64,000 bases of DNA from Eledone cirrhosa (taxonomy: Eukaryota), in contig OZ024740.1 of NCBI GenBank assembly GCA_964016885.1, positions 289,168,001 to 289,232,000 of the forward strand, read 5' to 3'. This document shows, one piece after another, positions 1 to 12,103 of the stretch (positions within the stretch are counted from its first letter, which is position 1; each line of letters begins with the position of its first letter). The position numbers were made by a program, and so were the translations under genes. Under the pieces are notes generated by a model. It was not told the DNA's origin. It saw nothing but the letters and a program-made list of their open reading frames with translations, and made no database searches.

Positions 1-1189
1 TGGAAGAAGCAGGCTCCGCTGGTGAGGAGATCCGTCTGCTGTCAGCACCCTTCCAACGGAGGGCTGGGAATCCCGTGGCTGATGATGCGCAAACATGCGC
101 TGAGGCTGCGGCATCTCCAGGTATTCCTCACCGACACCCAACCGGCGTGGGCACCGTTTGTGAGACAGGCTTTCCCACAGCTCGTCTCGCTAACGGAGCT
201 GCAGTCCTGGGTGAAGAAAAGACCGAAAACGATGGGCGCCTGGCACATTGAATGTGCTCAGGCGCTCACAGTCCTCTGGCAAGCGGGCGCAGCAATCAGT
301 GGAGACTCCACTTCGACATTCTATAGAGGGATTGTACGTTACAAGGGCGACGACGTGCTCGGAGAGACTCTGGGCGTCGAAGACGATGACCTCACCAGTC
401 TGTTTGGTAGGACTTTCCGCTCGGGACCTATGGACAACTTCCAGAGGTCCCTGGCCTGGCAGTGCTACCGAGGAGTTCTACCGGTTCGTGATAAGATCTA
501 CAGGCACGGACGCCCCGGCAGGGATCCTTCCAAGAGGACGTGTCCAAGATGTGCGCAGGACATTGAAACAGTTCTGCACGCAATTGTACACTGCCCGGGC
601 GTAAGCGACCTGTGGAACTATGCAGAACAACTGCTGTCGCGTATGGGACAAATCCAGTTGACTGCCGAGTCCATAGTAAGGATCAAACCGCCAGCCTCTT
701 TCAAAAACGAAAGAGAGGCAGTTTTCCTCTGTACGGTGGCTATGGTGAAAGAAGTTATATGGTGGACAAGGTTGAGAGGACTGAGGACAGATGCCTTTCT
801 CTCCAGACAACAATTGATTCCCTTCTTTAAGTATCACTTTAGAAGGAGAATCAGGGTGGAGAGAGAGGCACTGCACCCCAGTAAATTTACTGAAAGGTGG
901 GTGAATGAAGTGAAAATGGCCCGAGTGATTGGGCCTTCTCTGTTTATAAGCCTGTAGGTTGAGGAAGAGAGCAAAAGGAAGAAAGGAGCACTTGCAACAT
1001 GCTCCTGGAGTTGAGGGTTGTTCTATCGACGCGGTATTAAACAACCCATTTGTGGCGCCTCCCCCCTATTGGGGATTTCGATTGTTGAAATTGTTTGTTT
1101 TTATATTTTTTACGCGACTGTATGTAAAATCCCCGGCATGTCTTTGTATTGTCCCCTTTTCTTGTTGCGCCCTTGTGGCTAATAACGAA

Positions 1190-1190
<1 letters not shown>
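1..1190 (+). mobile_element. Tx1/L1-clade LINE, 3' part of ORF2 (post-RT region and zf-RVT) plus 3'UTR
   Basis: Uninterrupted ORF 22..957 with CPRC...ETVLHAIVHC zinc knuckle and IWWTR motif; AATAAC then a (TATC)n tail. Confidence 0.85.
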
Positions 1191-1237
<47 letters not shown>

Positions 1238-1238
1238 G

Positions 1239-1293
<55 letters not shown>

Positions 1294-1322
1294 GTCTATC
1301 TATCTATCTGTCTATCTATCTA
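1190..1322. repeat. (TATC)n microsatellite, LINE tail or target
   Basis: Direct observation. Confidence 0.95.
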
Positions 1323-1324
1323 GC

Positions 1325-1625
1325 TATAAAGACTCCCCTCGGTCACGAATGACCATGGTATTTGCACCTAGAAAATTCACTTCCAAAGCACAAGTCCGAG
1401 CAAGTTTGTTTGTGGAAGATCAGCAGTTGCCCATATATACCAGTCTCCCCTCTCCACACCACTGACGTTGTCCAAGGGAAAGGCAAAGGCTGATACAGCT
1501 TGGCACCAGTGATGTCGCAACTCATTTCTACAACTGAGTGAACTGGAACAACGAGAAATAAAGTGTCTTGCTCAAGGATACAACGCATTACCCGGTCCGA
1601 GGAGCGAACTCACCACCTCACGATA
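1325..1625 (-). mobile_element. tRNA-derived SINE (family with ccttgagcaagacacttt core)
   Basis: gaaataaagtgtcttgctcaagg core shared with copies near 9620, 13340, 45830 and 49171. Confidence 0.65.
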
Positions 1626-1646
1626 GATATATACACACACAAGAGA

Positions 1647-1860
1647 TGTCAACACGAATGGACCTGTTATTTTTATCTAAAGACATTTTTCCCAATTTCA
1701 CCCCGCCCGTCCCTTCAATCTATCTTATTTCTCATTCTTTCTTCTGATGAAGGACTAGCGTCCGAAATGTTAAGACCTTCTTCCTGGTATTTCAAGCGTT
1801 GTTAACCTAATATACTCCTTCCATATACTGCACCGATTGTGTTGTTATTTCTGTTTAAAT
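1647..1860 (+). mobile_element. PLE pseudo-LTR fragment carrying a hammerhead motif
   Basis: Near-identical reverse-complement copy at ~36490-36654; both abut microsatellites. Confidence 0.65.
1740..1775 (+). ncRNA. Minimal type I hammerhead ribozyme motif
   Basis: tctt-CTGATGA-a-GGAC-tagc-GTCC-GAAA-TG-T-T-aaga: intact core, 4-bp stem II, stem I tctt/aaga, loopless stem III typical of PLE hammerheads. Confidence 0.7.
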
Positions 1861-2633
1861 ACATACATACATACATACATACATACATACATACATACAT
1901 ACATACATACATACATACATACATACATACATACATACATACATACATACATACATGGTGGCTGCCAACTCGTTTTCAAGTACGGCCACTACTTTATGTC
2001 CATGTAGGAGAACCCCTACAGATGCGCTGAACGAGTGTGACTTTTTAGTCCAGCCAGCGACTTGAAAACTCTGGTACAAACACTACACTTGTGACAATTA
2101 TTGACACATAGTGCTGGGCCCATGGTACCATGTGACGACAAGTGCAGAGAGATCTCCAGATACAAAGCAATGCCTGTGCCGTGAAGCTTTTATAGTGAGC
2201 AAAGGCACTGCACAAAGCCAGTCCCACTCTCTTAACCAAGATGATGTTTACCAAAAAGAAGAACAAGTCAACATCATTGGATACCATCAGGGTTGCAGGT
2301 GTTATATCAGAGTTTTCCTTCTCCTAGAATTCTGCCTTGACAAAGGCTAAGGGGTCATCTCTCCCGGTGATTTTGGATGGCCACTGACTCTTAAGAGCTC
2401 CTCTGCCCTTTGACAGGTTTTGTTTTTAGACCTGCAGGATGTCCAAAGTCACCCTACTCACCAATAAACCTTGGTGGGGTTGCCAGTTTAGTCGCCAACG
2501 ACCCGACCATGGGACAGGTTGTACTGGAATACATGTTACCAGTAGCACCAACTGGTGACCTGACATACATACATACATACATACATACATACATACATAC
2601 ATACATACATACATACATACATACATACATACA

Positions 2634-3933
2634 TCTCGTATATCTAAAACAGAAAATGTCTGTCTATCTGAGTCCCTAAAACTCGAGAACCACCCAACCG
2701 ATTGTTTTCAAACTTTACACATGTAATACTTATGGTCGTGTCAGTCTTTTGAGCAAAGAATATTTCAAATTTTCGATCCTAAGGACTGCATTAGGTGATT
2801 TAGCCGATCTCTCTCTTTTTCTTAGTCCTGTCCTTTTAGATAGATACGTAGCTACGACGTCGCGACCTTATAATATCTGTCTGTATGTCTGGCTGTCTGC
2901 ATTACGACATTATGACGTTATCTCTCTGTGTGTGTGTATATATGTATATATAGTGTGTGTGTATATATATATATAGTGTGTAACGTTTTTTCGAAATATT
3001 TACTTCTGCGTTCACAGATTGATTTTTTTAGTTTCAGAAGATCCCGTTAAGGGTGAAAGCAGAGATTGTTTGCTTAAACTTTAATCTGTTATTTTAATAT
3101 ATATATTCGTGTACAGATATTTTTGCATACACAAAAACAAAATATAAACAAACAAGGCCAGCGATTACATAGTCAACGGTTCGGAAATCACATGCATCAC
3201 TCACGAGTTTACTCCTTACTCTACCAGTTAGTCTTAGTGTACTTCGTCCTGCTTTTAGGTCATGCCTCGAAGGAAGAGATACTCCATTGGCCGAAATACT
3301 GCGAAAGCGGCAAGAAAAAAGGAGGGTGCTGCAATCAATTTTTTAGGTAGACGAGGCAGAAGGGGATATATACGATTGCTGAAGAAGGACGAGACTGCAT
3401 TAGTAATACGACCAACGGCTGCTATCACACCAACAGCAGCAAAAGCAACAACAAAAAAGAGATGGGAACGCAATTACATGCTTTTGAAAAATCGTAATGG
3501 AAAATTATTTGCCTATTCACCCAAGGCGACTTCACTTTTTATTAGGACTTCTGCATCAATTAGTGAACATACGACGAAACATTGAAAGGAGTAAGACCAC
3601 ACCACTCTCCACCACTGCAGTCCCACATGCTTACTGCTCTGTAACTATTGCTTTCATTGTACCATAGCACAACAAATACATGTTCGGTTTGTTGAATGCC
3701 TTTTTACTTAACCCTATCCTCTTGGCTTTCGTGGGTTGAACATTTTACTCTCAGGCACCCAATTAAGTTAAACCCCTGGAAATCTACGACGAATTTTTTT
3801 TCATAAGCACAAAATGTAGACACCATCTCCAGGCCGAGGTATCCCGTACTTCTCTGTACTGTTTCAGAAAGGAGGGATACACATGCCAATCTATGTTTAG
3901 AATCCCGAGCAACGCCGGGGCCATTCGTGCTAG
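2634..3933 (+). mobile_element. Non-autonomous Helitron
   Basis: 5' A|TC start (tctcgtatatctaaaacagaaaatgtctgtc); 3' hairpin cccgagcaacgccggg followed by CTAG|T; internal remnant MPRRKRYSIGRNTAKAARKK resembles the N-terminus of Helitron RepHel proteins. Confidence 0.75.
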
Positions 3934-4676
3934 TATATATGATAGAGATGATATATATATATATATATATATTTGTTTTGCGAGGTTTTTGATATGAAAT
4001 GTCGTGGTGTCGAAATAAATATTGTTTATAGTTGGGGAGGGTCATATTGTTGTAATAATATTGCCAGAAAAAATGGCGGAGACATACAATACAACAGGAG
4101 GAACATAATAGTACCACTGATGATGTTGCAGATGTGCAACGAAAAGAACTTTGTTAGACTATATATATGTGTTTATATCTGTATTTTTGACCGTTGGTCA
4201 GTCAATGGTAAACACGTGAGGACCAAATGAATTAACTATGGAGAGAGAAAAGAGTACAGAAGTGAAAACCAACCAACAGGTGAGTATGTTCTGTTATTAT
4301 TTCTTGGCAATATTAGTGGTACAACATAGACCCTCCCCAAGTATAACAATAGATATATATAGTATATATATAGAGATTTTAGAGTAGTATAGTAGTATAG
4401 AGTGATATAGTGAGTATAGAGTATATAAGTGATAGTATATATATATATATATAGTCTATATACTCTAATATATATGTCTCTTTCAAGGCGTTGACATGCG
4501 AAAGGTATTTATGGAATACCTGGAGGTTACCCATTCATCCAAGTCTCGCTCTCCATATCACATGTGTTGTCCATAAGTGCACATATCCATATAATACAGA
4601 CAAGATATATTTACATTCCCACATACACACACACGTGCATGCATGCATAATACACATGCATGGATACACACACGCA

Positions 4677-4710
<34 letters not shown>

Positions 4711-5423
4711 CATACAAATATAAATACATACACATACACACACACACACACATACATACACACATACATACATACATACATACATACATACATACATACA
4801 TACATACATACATACATACATACATACATACACACATACATACATACATACATACATACACACATATATGTGCCGTTATTTGTGTGCGTGTAAATATCTC
4901 ATCAGGTGAAACATGTTGGAGTTTCGCTTGAGTGATCTAGAGATAGATAAAACAACTCGCCTGGCATCCGGAAGTAATTCTTCAGGTGAGGAACCAAACT
5001 ACCTATGTATCTACAATGTTGTGTAATGTTGGGGAGTGGTGATATTGGTTGTTCCGTGTTGTTGTTATTGTGGTTGTTGTTGTTGTTGTTTTGGTGGTGG
5101 TTGTGGTGGTGTTGTGGTGTTTGGGGATGGTGTGCGTTTTTTTTCTGTGGCTATGGTGGTGGTGGTAGTGGTGGTGATGCTGTGGTGGTAGTGGTGGTGA
5201 TGCTGTGATGGTGATGATGCTGTGGTGGTGGTGGTGGAGGAGGTGATGATGCTGTGGTGGTGGTGGTGGAGGTGATGTTGTAGTGGTGGTGTTGGTTGTT
5301 GTAATAATAATGCTGCAGTGAATTGGTTATTCTGTGGTAGTGTTGGTTGTGTAGTATATTGGTCAGTGTGTGGTGGTAGCGATGTAGGGTATTAGTCACT
5401 GTGTAGTTATGGTAGTAGTGTAG

Positions 5424-7770
5424 TGTATCGTAACCTCGTCCAAATACTTATCCACTTGGAGATCTGGTCCGAACCAAACCCGGAGCAACTTTACCGGTCC
5501 GTCCATCCAGCGCCCGACGGTATGGACTTGCCTCTCCAGGTGCCAAGCTGCAAGCCCATCGACCTTTCCTGGTTTAGTTTTGCTCCCGTCAACCTTTTAC
5601 ATTCCTCCAAGAAGTTGCCGACCACCTCTTTCTCTGAAGTGTTCGACACCATCACGGTGATGTCGTCTGCATATGCCGACATAGACTCTCCTCGTCCCGG
5701 TTCCAGCGGGATGTCCTGAAACAGTTCCAGCTTCCACAATAAAGACTCGAGAGTCAATACATACAGAAGGGAGGAGAGAGTGCACAATTGACGGACCGAT
5801 CGGGAGATCTGAAACGGTTCCATAAGTATCGTCCTTATTGAAAGCTTTCGATTGGTCTAAAATGATCAGAGCCCCGCCGAATCCAGGTTTACACCCTACC
5901 CTCTCTATGATGTATCGCATGAGGTGGAGATTGTCGTGAATGGACCTGGTAGGGATGGCGCAAGTTTGCATCTCCCCTACCAAATCCTCGACGACAAACG
6001 CCAACCTTATCGCTAACACCTCGGCCAAAATCTGTGTTTAGCAGAGTTATGGGCCCGAAGTGTCTAATGTATCCCTCTTATTCTCGTCTTTCCTTATCAG
6101 CGTCACTACGCCCTTTCTCACTGAACTGGGAATATTCCTGATCTGCTGCCAGTTGCAGTAGAGTGTTTCGAGGAGAACGGAGAACAAGTCTGCCATGTCT
6201 ATGTAAAGTTCGTAGAGCAGACCATCCAAACTGGGTGACTTGCACCTCGTGCAGCTGACCAGGGCATCCCAAATCTCGGCTGAAGTTATCGGCTCTTCGT
6301 AACGGTCAGCATCGGCTGGCGAGAGACCATCGAGTCAGGGACTGAAATCCACTACCGTCTCCATCCCCCGGCTCTCCCCGAACAGCCGAGCAAAGTGCTG
6401 ATGAAAGGCCTCACACATCTGCTTTGAATTGTACAGCACGCGTTCGTCTCGGTCCGTCAAAGACCGAAATGGGGTTTTGTTATCACGCTGCGCCTCCACC
6501 ACGCGGCCCATAGAACAGATTTGGTTCCTTCGTTTTTTAGAGCACGCGCCTTAGCTCTGACAATGCAACCTTCGTGTTTCGCATTGAAGAAATGGTCTAA
6601 TGCCATTCTTCCCGCTAGCACGTCCGTTGCAATGCCACTACAAATAGCCTCGTCTAACTTATCTACCAGCTGCCCCTCCTTTCTATTTTTCTCTAACGCT
6701 TCTTCTTTGCTAAAAACCTATCGACATTACTCTAATCTCTCCTTTGAAAGCCCCCCCCCCCCACACACACACACCAACACCTATTGTGACGACCCCCCCT
6801 GTCAACCTTTGCTTAACTAAATTGTTGACCTGGTCCCTGTAAGCTTTCTGTACCAGAACGACTTATTCAGCTTCCAGTAACCAAGTCCTAACCTGTGTAT
6901 CTTATCTATGTCGACCATACAGATCACTAACTTGTGATATGAATAGGCGACCGTTTTAAAACGTGGACAGCCTACACTATTTCTATCTATTTTCCTAATG
7001 AAAATTCTGTCTATATACGATCTAGATGACGCTAAGCGGTTGGTCCAGGTCTACACTGGCGCATTAGGGAAATCTAGTCGGTACCTGTCAGACTGTTGGA
7101 ACTGGCTGATCAGATACTTGAGGCTTTTGCATCCTCCGCTTCAGCTACCCCCACACAATCCCACCGCGTGTCTAAGATGCCGTTCCAGTTCCCCACTAAC
7201 AGTAAAGGGTGAGACGTTCCCAGAAAGGCTTCCAGGCGCCTAAAGAGACGGCCAGAAATCTAAAGGCACCACCTTCGCTATTGCTCACGCCCAGGACTAC
7301 CAACTTACCCTCCGGGTCCAGGAAGATCGACATTACCTCGAGATCCAGGCCTTTCTTAAACAGCACTGCCACCCCACCTCCCATTCCCGGCCGACTAAGA
7401 GATGCGAAGATTTGATAGTCATCGAAAATGGGGTCCAGTGCGCGCGTGTCGGAAACCTGGTCTCGTTAACGGCAATCACATCCATATATAGTGACTTGGG
7501 GTCGTTCAGCAAGCAACCGTGTTTCCAGGACGATCCCAGACCATGAACTTTTAAACATTCTACTCTTAAGATAGCCATGTTAGCAGGCTAAAAGAGAGAC
7601 GAAAGGTTTACTTACCTCGCGGAGGTCAGGTGGTTCGACCTCAATGGTTGGTGGGATTTCCTTTGGGAACCCCTTAAGCAGTCTGCTTGTTGGTCTTATA
7701 TTCGGGATTCCCAGTTTACAAGGAAAGCCCTCCCTAATCCCTGTGTAGGTGTCGAGCGACATTCATACCA
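5424..7770 (-). mobile_element. Decayed Tx1/L1-clade LINE ORF2 (APE endonuclease + RT)
   Basis: Frameshifted pieces: GGGVAVLFKK and VIAVNET (endonuclease); RSIHDNLHLMR, LDQSKAF and SAYADDITV (RT). Confidence 0.88.
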
Positions 7771-8510
7771 GAAACAAATGTCCTGGCATGCGAAATGTGC
7801 TCGTTCCAAACATCTCCTCTTTCTCGATTTCTTGTCTTGGTGCATTTTTGTCCGAGTATCGCTGACTTGTGGGTTTATGTCGAACATTTGCTATCACGTG
7901 TAGGACAGATCCGGCTATCAATTGAGTCCATCATAAAGATTGCCCTGTCACCCTCATTTAATCAGGATGGGAAGGTCGTTTTTATCTGTCTGGTGGCCAT
8001 AGTGAAAAAGGTCGTATGGTGGACGCGTCTGAAAGGGCTGAAAACGGGCACTTTCCTCTTCGGGGACGCTCTCATTAACTTTTTCAGATTTCACCTGAAA
8101 AGGAAAATCAAGATGGAGAGGGAAGTGCTGCTTTCCAGTCAGTTCTTTGAAAGGTGGGTGAGAGACAAGAATGGCCCGTGTGAATGGGCCTGTCCTGAGC
8201 GTGCGCCTGTTGTATTGAAGGAGGATAACTGGAAGAGGGCTCTTGCCCTCTTCCAGTCGGGGTCGGGGTGACTGTGGCTTTTTTTGGCTTCCTCCAAGAG
8301 TAGCCCTTGGAGCCTCCTCACCTTTGGGGAATTTGTTGTTTGTTTGTTAAATGTTTATTTTCTTAATCTCTCTTATAAATTTTATTTTACAAAAAAATCC
8401 CACACTGTATCGTCCTGTACCGTCTTTAATGTTTCCTTAATGTGAGCCCTGTGTGGCTAATAAAGAAAGCATTATTATTATCATTGTCGGCCCTTGTGGT
8501 CAATAAATGA
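7770..8510 (+). mobile_element. Tx1/L1-clade LINE 3' end, same family as 1-1190
   Basis: ORF 7795..8271 aligns with the C-terminus of ORF 22..957 (VHFCP..DLW.YVEHLLSRVGQI, WWTRLKGLKT); 3'UTR ends gcccttgtggtcaataaa. Confidence 0.85.
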
Positions 8511-8527
8511 AATCATTAGTATTATCA

Positions 8528-8715
8528 GGCGGTGGATTGGCAGTAACGGTAGAGGGTCGGACGCCATGCTTTCCAACATAGTCACGTCCCTTTACGATCT
8601 GAGTTCAAATCCCGCCGAGGTTGACTTTGCCTTTCATCCTTACGGGGTCGATAAAATAAAGTACCAGTAATGCACTGGGATAATTGCTGGCCTTGTGCCA
8701 AAAGTAGAAACAATT
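8528..8715 (+). mobile_element. tRNA-derived SINE (gcctttcatccttacggggtcgataaaataaagtaccagt core)
   Basis: B-box gagttcaaatcc; near-identical copies at 46905-47094 and 62222-62405. Confidence 0.8.
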
Positions 8716-9619
8716 ATTATTATCATTGTTATTACCGGCAGCAACACCACCACTACCACCATCGCCGGCATGACCACCACCACCACCACCACCATCACCA
8801 GTAGTAGTAGTAACAGTACTAGTAGCAGCAGCTGTAATAGAGGTAACATTGGTAGTATTACTATCACCATCACCACCACCACCACCACCATGACCAACAA
8901 CAACATTGCTATTCGCACTACTACCATCGCCAACAGTTTTGTGTCCCTAAAAAAAATATTTTTCGTTTTGTCTTGTTTCCGTTCGTCGACTTGTACTTCT
9001 TTGTTAATTTTCTTAAGTTTATCTACTGTGTCAAACGTGTTTTTCTCTTCTCCCCCATTTATTCTAAAAACTTAGATTTTCTAACACGATATCTTATTTT
9101 CTTCTTCTTTCTTCCTTTTTATTTTTCTTTGAAACAGGCGAAAATATATAGTTTTTCGTCTGTGTAAATGGGCTGATTATCCTCACTTGCATACGAAGCC
9201 GTACAATTTAACTTCGAAATAGCTGTATGCAAATATATATTTTCGCCTGTTTCAAATAAGTGTGGACTGGGTGCTTTTTTGTCATGACACCACGACTATT
9301 TTGCAGTGGGAGTAGATATTGTCTATATGCTTCAGCTTTGGCTTGTACCTGTGGGAAGTCGGGTCTTCTGATATATATATATATGTATACATATACACAC
9401 ATATATATATATCAAAATATAGGCTCCCTTCCCTAATTTTATATATGAGAAATGGGCAAAAATTCAAACCAAATTTATAAGCCAAGGCAGCAAATAAACA
9501 CATTATATTTGGATGGCAATTATAAGCCGACCCCCGCCTCCTCCATATTACCATTGATTATTTGGTTATATATTCCTTGGCTTATAGTCAAGTATATATG
9601 GTATATATATATGTATTGA

Positions 9620-10010
9620 AGGCGCATGGCTTAGTGGTTAGAGCATTGGGCGTGCAATCGAAAGGTTGAGTTCAATTCTTGGACCGGGTGATGTGTTGTT
9701 TCCTTGAGCAAGACACTTTATTTCACATTGCTCCAGTTTACTCAGCTGTAGGAATGGGATGATAGGACTAGAGTCCTTATCATTCCACTGTAAAGTGGAC
9801 GTGTAGGCGCCACGGAAAAAAAGCACCCAGCACTCACTGTAAATGAGGTTGGTGTTAGGAAGGACATCCAGCTGAAGAAATCAAGCCAGAATCAGTTCCC
9901 GTATGAGCAAGACAAGGTCAGCCGACCGGACACTGCTCACAACAGGACAACCCATCTAACCCATGCTAGCGTGGAAGAATGGATGTAAAATGGTGATGAT
10001 GATGATGATA
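9620..10010 (+). mobile_element. Composite SINE: tRNA head plus ggttggtgttaggaagg body ending in (GAT)n
   Basis: A/B boxes at 9621-9680; body recurs near 10040-10300(-), 14630-14810, 16550-16740 and 19325. Confidence 0.65.
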
Positions 10011-11901
10011 TATATATATAATCCTCATTTTTACATCCACTTTATCATCATCATCGTTTATCGTCCATCTTCCACACTAGCATGGGTTAGATGGGATTGT
10101 CCCATTTGAGGCAAGATTGGTCGTATAACCGTGTCTCGCTCTTATAGGACTGTATCCAGCAGGTTTTCTATGCCCTTCTTACCATATTTACAGTGTGGAC
10201 CGAAAGCCTTTTTTCCGTGTCTCCTATACGACCACTTTACAGTGTGGACTGGGTGCTTTTTGTTGTGACACCTACACAACATTTTACAGTGGACTGGATG
10301 TTCTGTGGTACCAACATAACTTTACAGAGAAAGGGTGGTGTGGGTGGAAGTAGGATGGAGTAGGGGTAGTAATATATATGCAAGTATGTATCACTCATCA
10401 TTTAACATCTATTTTTCCATGCTGCTATGAGTTGGACAGATTGTTGCAGGTCAAGTCAATACTTAATCAGCACTGTCCTCTTAGATGGACCAGGAGTGAC
10501 ATTTAGCTTACATACGTTCCACTTTAGGTATGATTTCTACAGCTGGATGTAACTTCCTAATGCAAACTCTCTTTGAGTTCATCATATCAGCAGAGTACCC
10601 TACTTCTCTGTGGTACATATTTAAATGTTGTCCCTATCAATTATAGTTGTGGGACATATTTTAACCTGAGGAATGTTCTTTATTTTGCTAAAACTTTATT
10701 CTTTTTTGTATTATTTCTATTTATATCTGATGTCATGAGAAGTTGGAAACATTAGTTAGCCTCCCTCCCTCACTGCAGCATCTTATCTAAATAAATATTT
10801 CATTTTCGTATTTTTGGCAAGGTTTTTCCGGCTGGATGCCCTTTCTATCACCACTTTACAGCAATGACTGGGTGCATTGTTCATGTCACCAGCACTAGAG
10901 AGGTTGTCTTACTGGTCTCAAGAGTCCTCTCCACCCAGTGTCGGTTTTTATTTGGAGTGTCTACTCTACTAGATGGGTTGCCTTCAATATAGCTTACAGA
11001 GCCCGACGTCTGCCCTTTCTTCAGGTGAAATAGTAATGAGTTGACCTTACCTGTTGGAAGGTCACTATTTTGTTTTGTTACTAACAATTCTGTGTAAATG
11101 ACTTCCCATCAAAGTCAACTTTGCATTTTATTCTTTTTGGAGTCAGTAAATAAAGTACCATCTCAGGGCAATAGGTAAGAACAATTGTTAGAATGTTAGA
11201 ACGTCAGATGCAATGTCTTGCAGTATCCATTCTGGCAGTAACAATACTTGCTTTTTCCTTAGGACAACATCAGTAATGTAGAGAGGTGAGACTTACATGC
11301 ATGGGAAATTGTTGGTCTTTCATAAAAAAAAATATATATATACCTTACCCAAATCTGTGTTTTGAAGAGCAACTTTCCAAATGTCGATCCATAGATTCAC
11401 AAGACATATAGAGGACATGAATAATAACCAGGAGTAGGAACAGTCCCCTTTAGGCATAAATATTGAATTGGATTATAGTCCATTAGGCTACTCAGAATAG
11501 TGGGAGAACAACTTTTTTTGGACAACATAATACTTCCATTTATCAGTTTCTTTTTTACTAAATGAAAACATCTAACCAGCCTCTACATGATCACTTGAAT
11601 TTCTAGAATTACCAACTAAATTCTTCTTCAAACCAAACCTATTATTTCAGAAATGGAATAACACATTAATATATTATGGAAAATGATGAATTGGTAATGG
11701 CTGGTATTGCTTTCATCATAGGCCAGCTTTTTCAGAGCGAAATGGGGAATAAACAAGTCATCAATTGTACTAAGCAGAGAAGTGTTTTTTTTATTGCCTC
11801 CACTGTAAACATACAGTAACATGTCAATGAAGTATGTGCCCAGTTTTAATTACCTTTTAGTAACATACTTCTTGGCATTCACAGCTTATATAACAAGTAT
11901 A

Positions 11902-12103
11902 TATGAGGGCGGGCTGATAAGTTCAGAGGCTGACTACGAAGGAGTTACACTAGAGTAGTGAAATCTTGCATACATTAATTTCAACTCTTCATATCAATAA
12001 CTGAATTGTTTCTTTCCAGGGACTATGTTGAAAAATAAACCTCATTTGGTCATTCCATGAGAGTATCTTGCTCAGCTTATGAACTTTTCAGCCAACTCTT
12101 GTA
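11902..12103. mobile_element. Mariner-type MITE
   Basis: TA-bounded imperfect TIRs (gagggcgggctgataagttc / gaacttttcagccaactctt); second copy at 14829-15008 with the same interior. Confidence 0.7.

Noticed and set aside
5040-5420. Poly-Thr/Pro/His/Val ORFs (also 8640-9075)
   Set aside because: Degenerate (GGT/GTT/ACC)n trinucleotide repeats without splice or codon evidence
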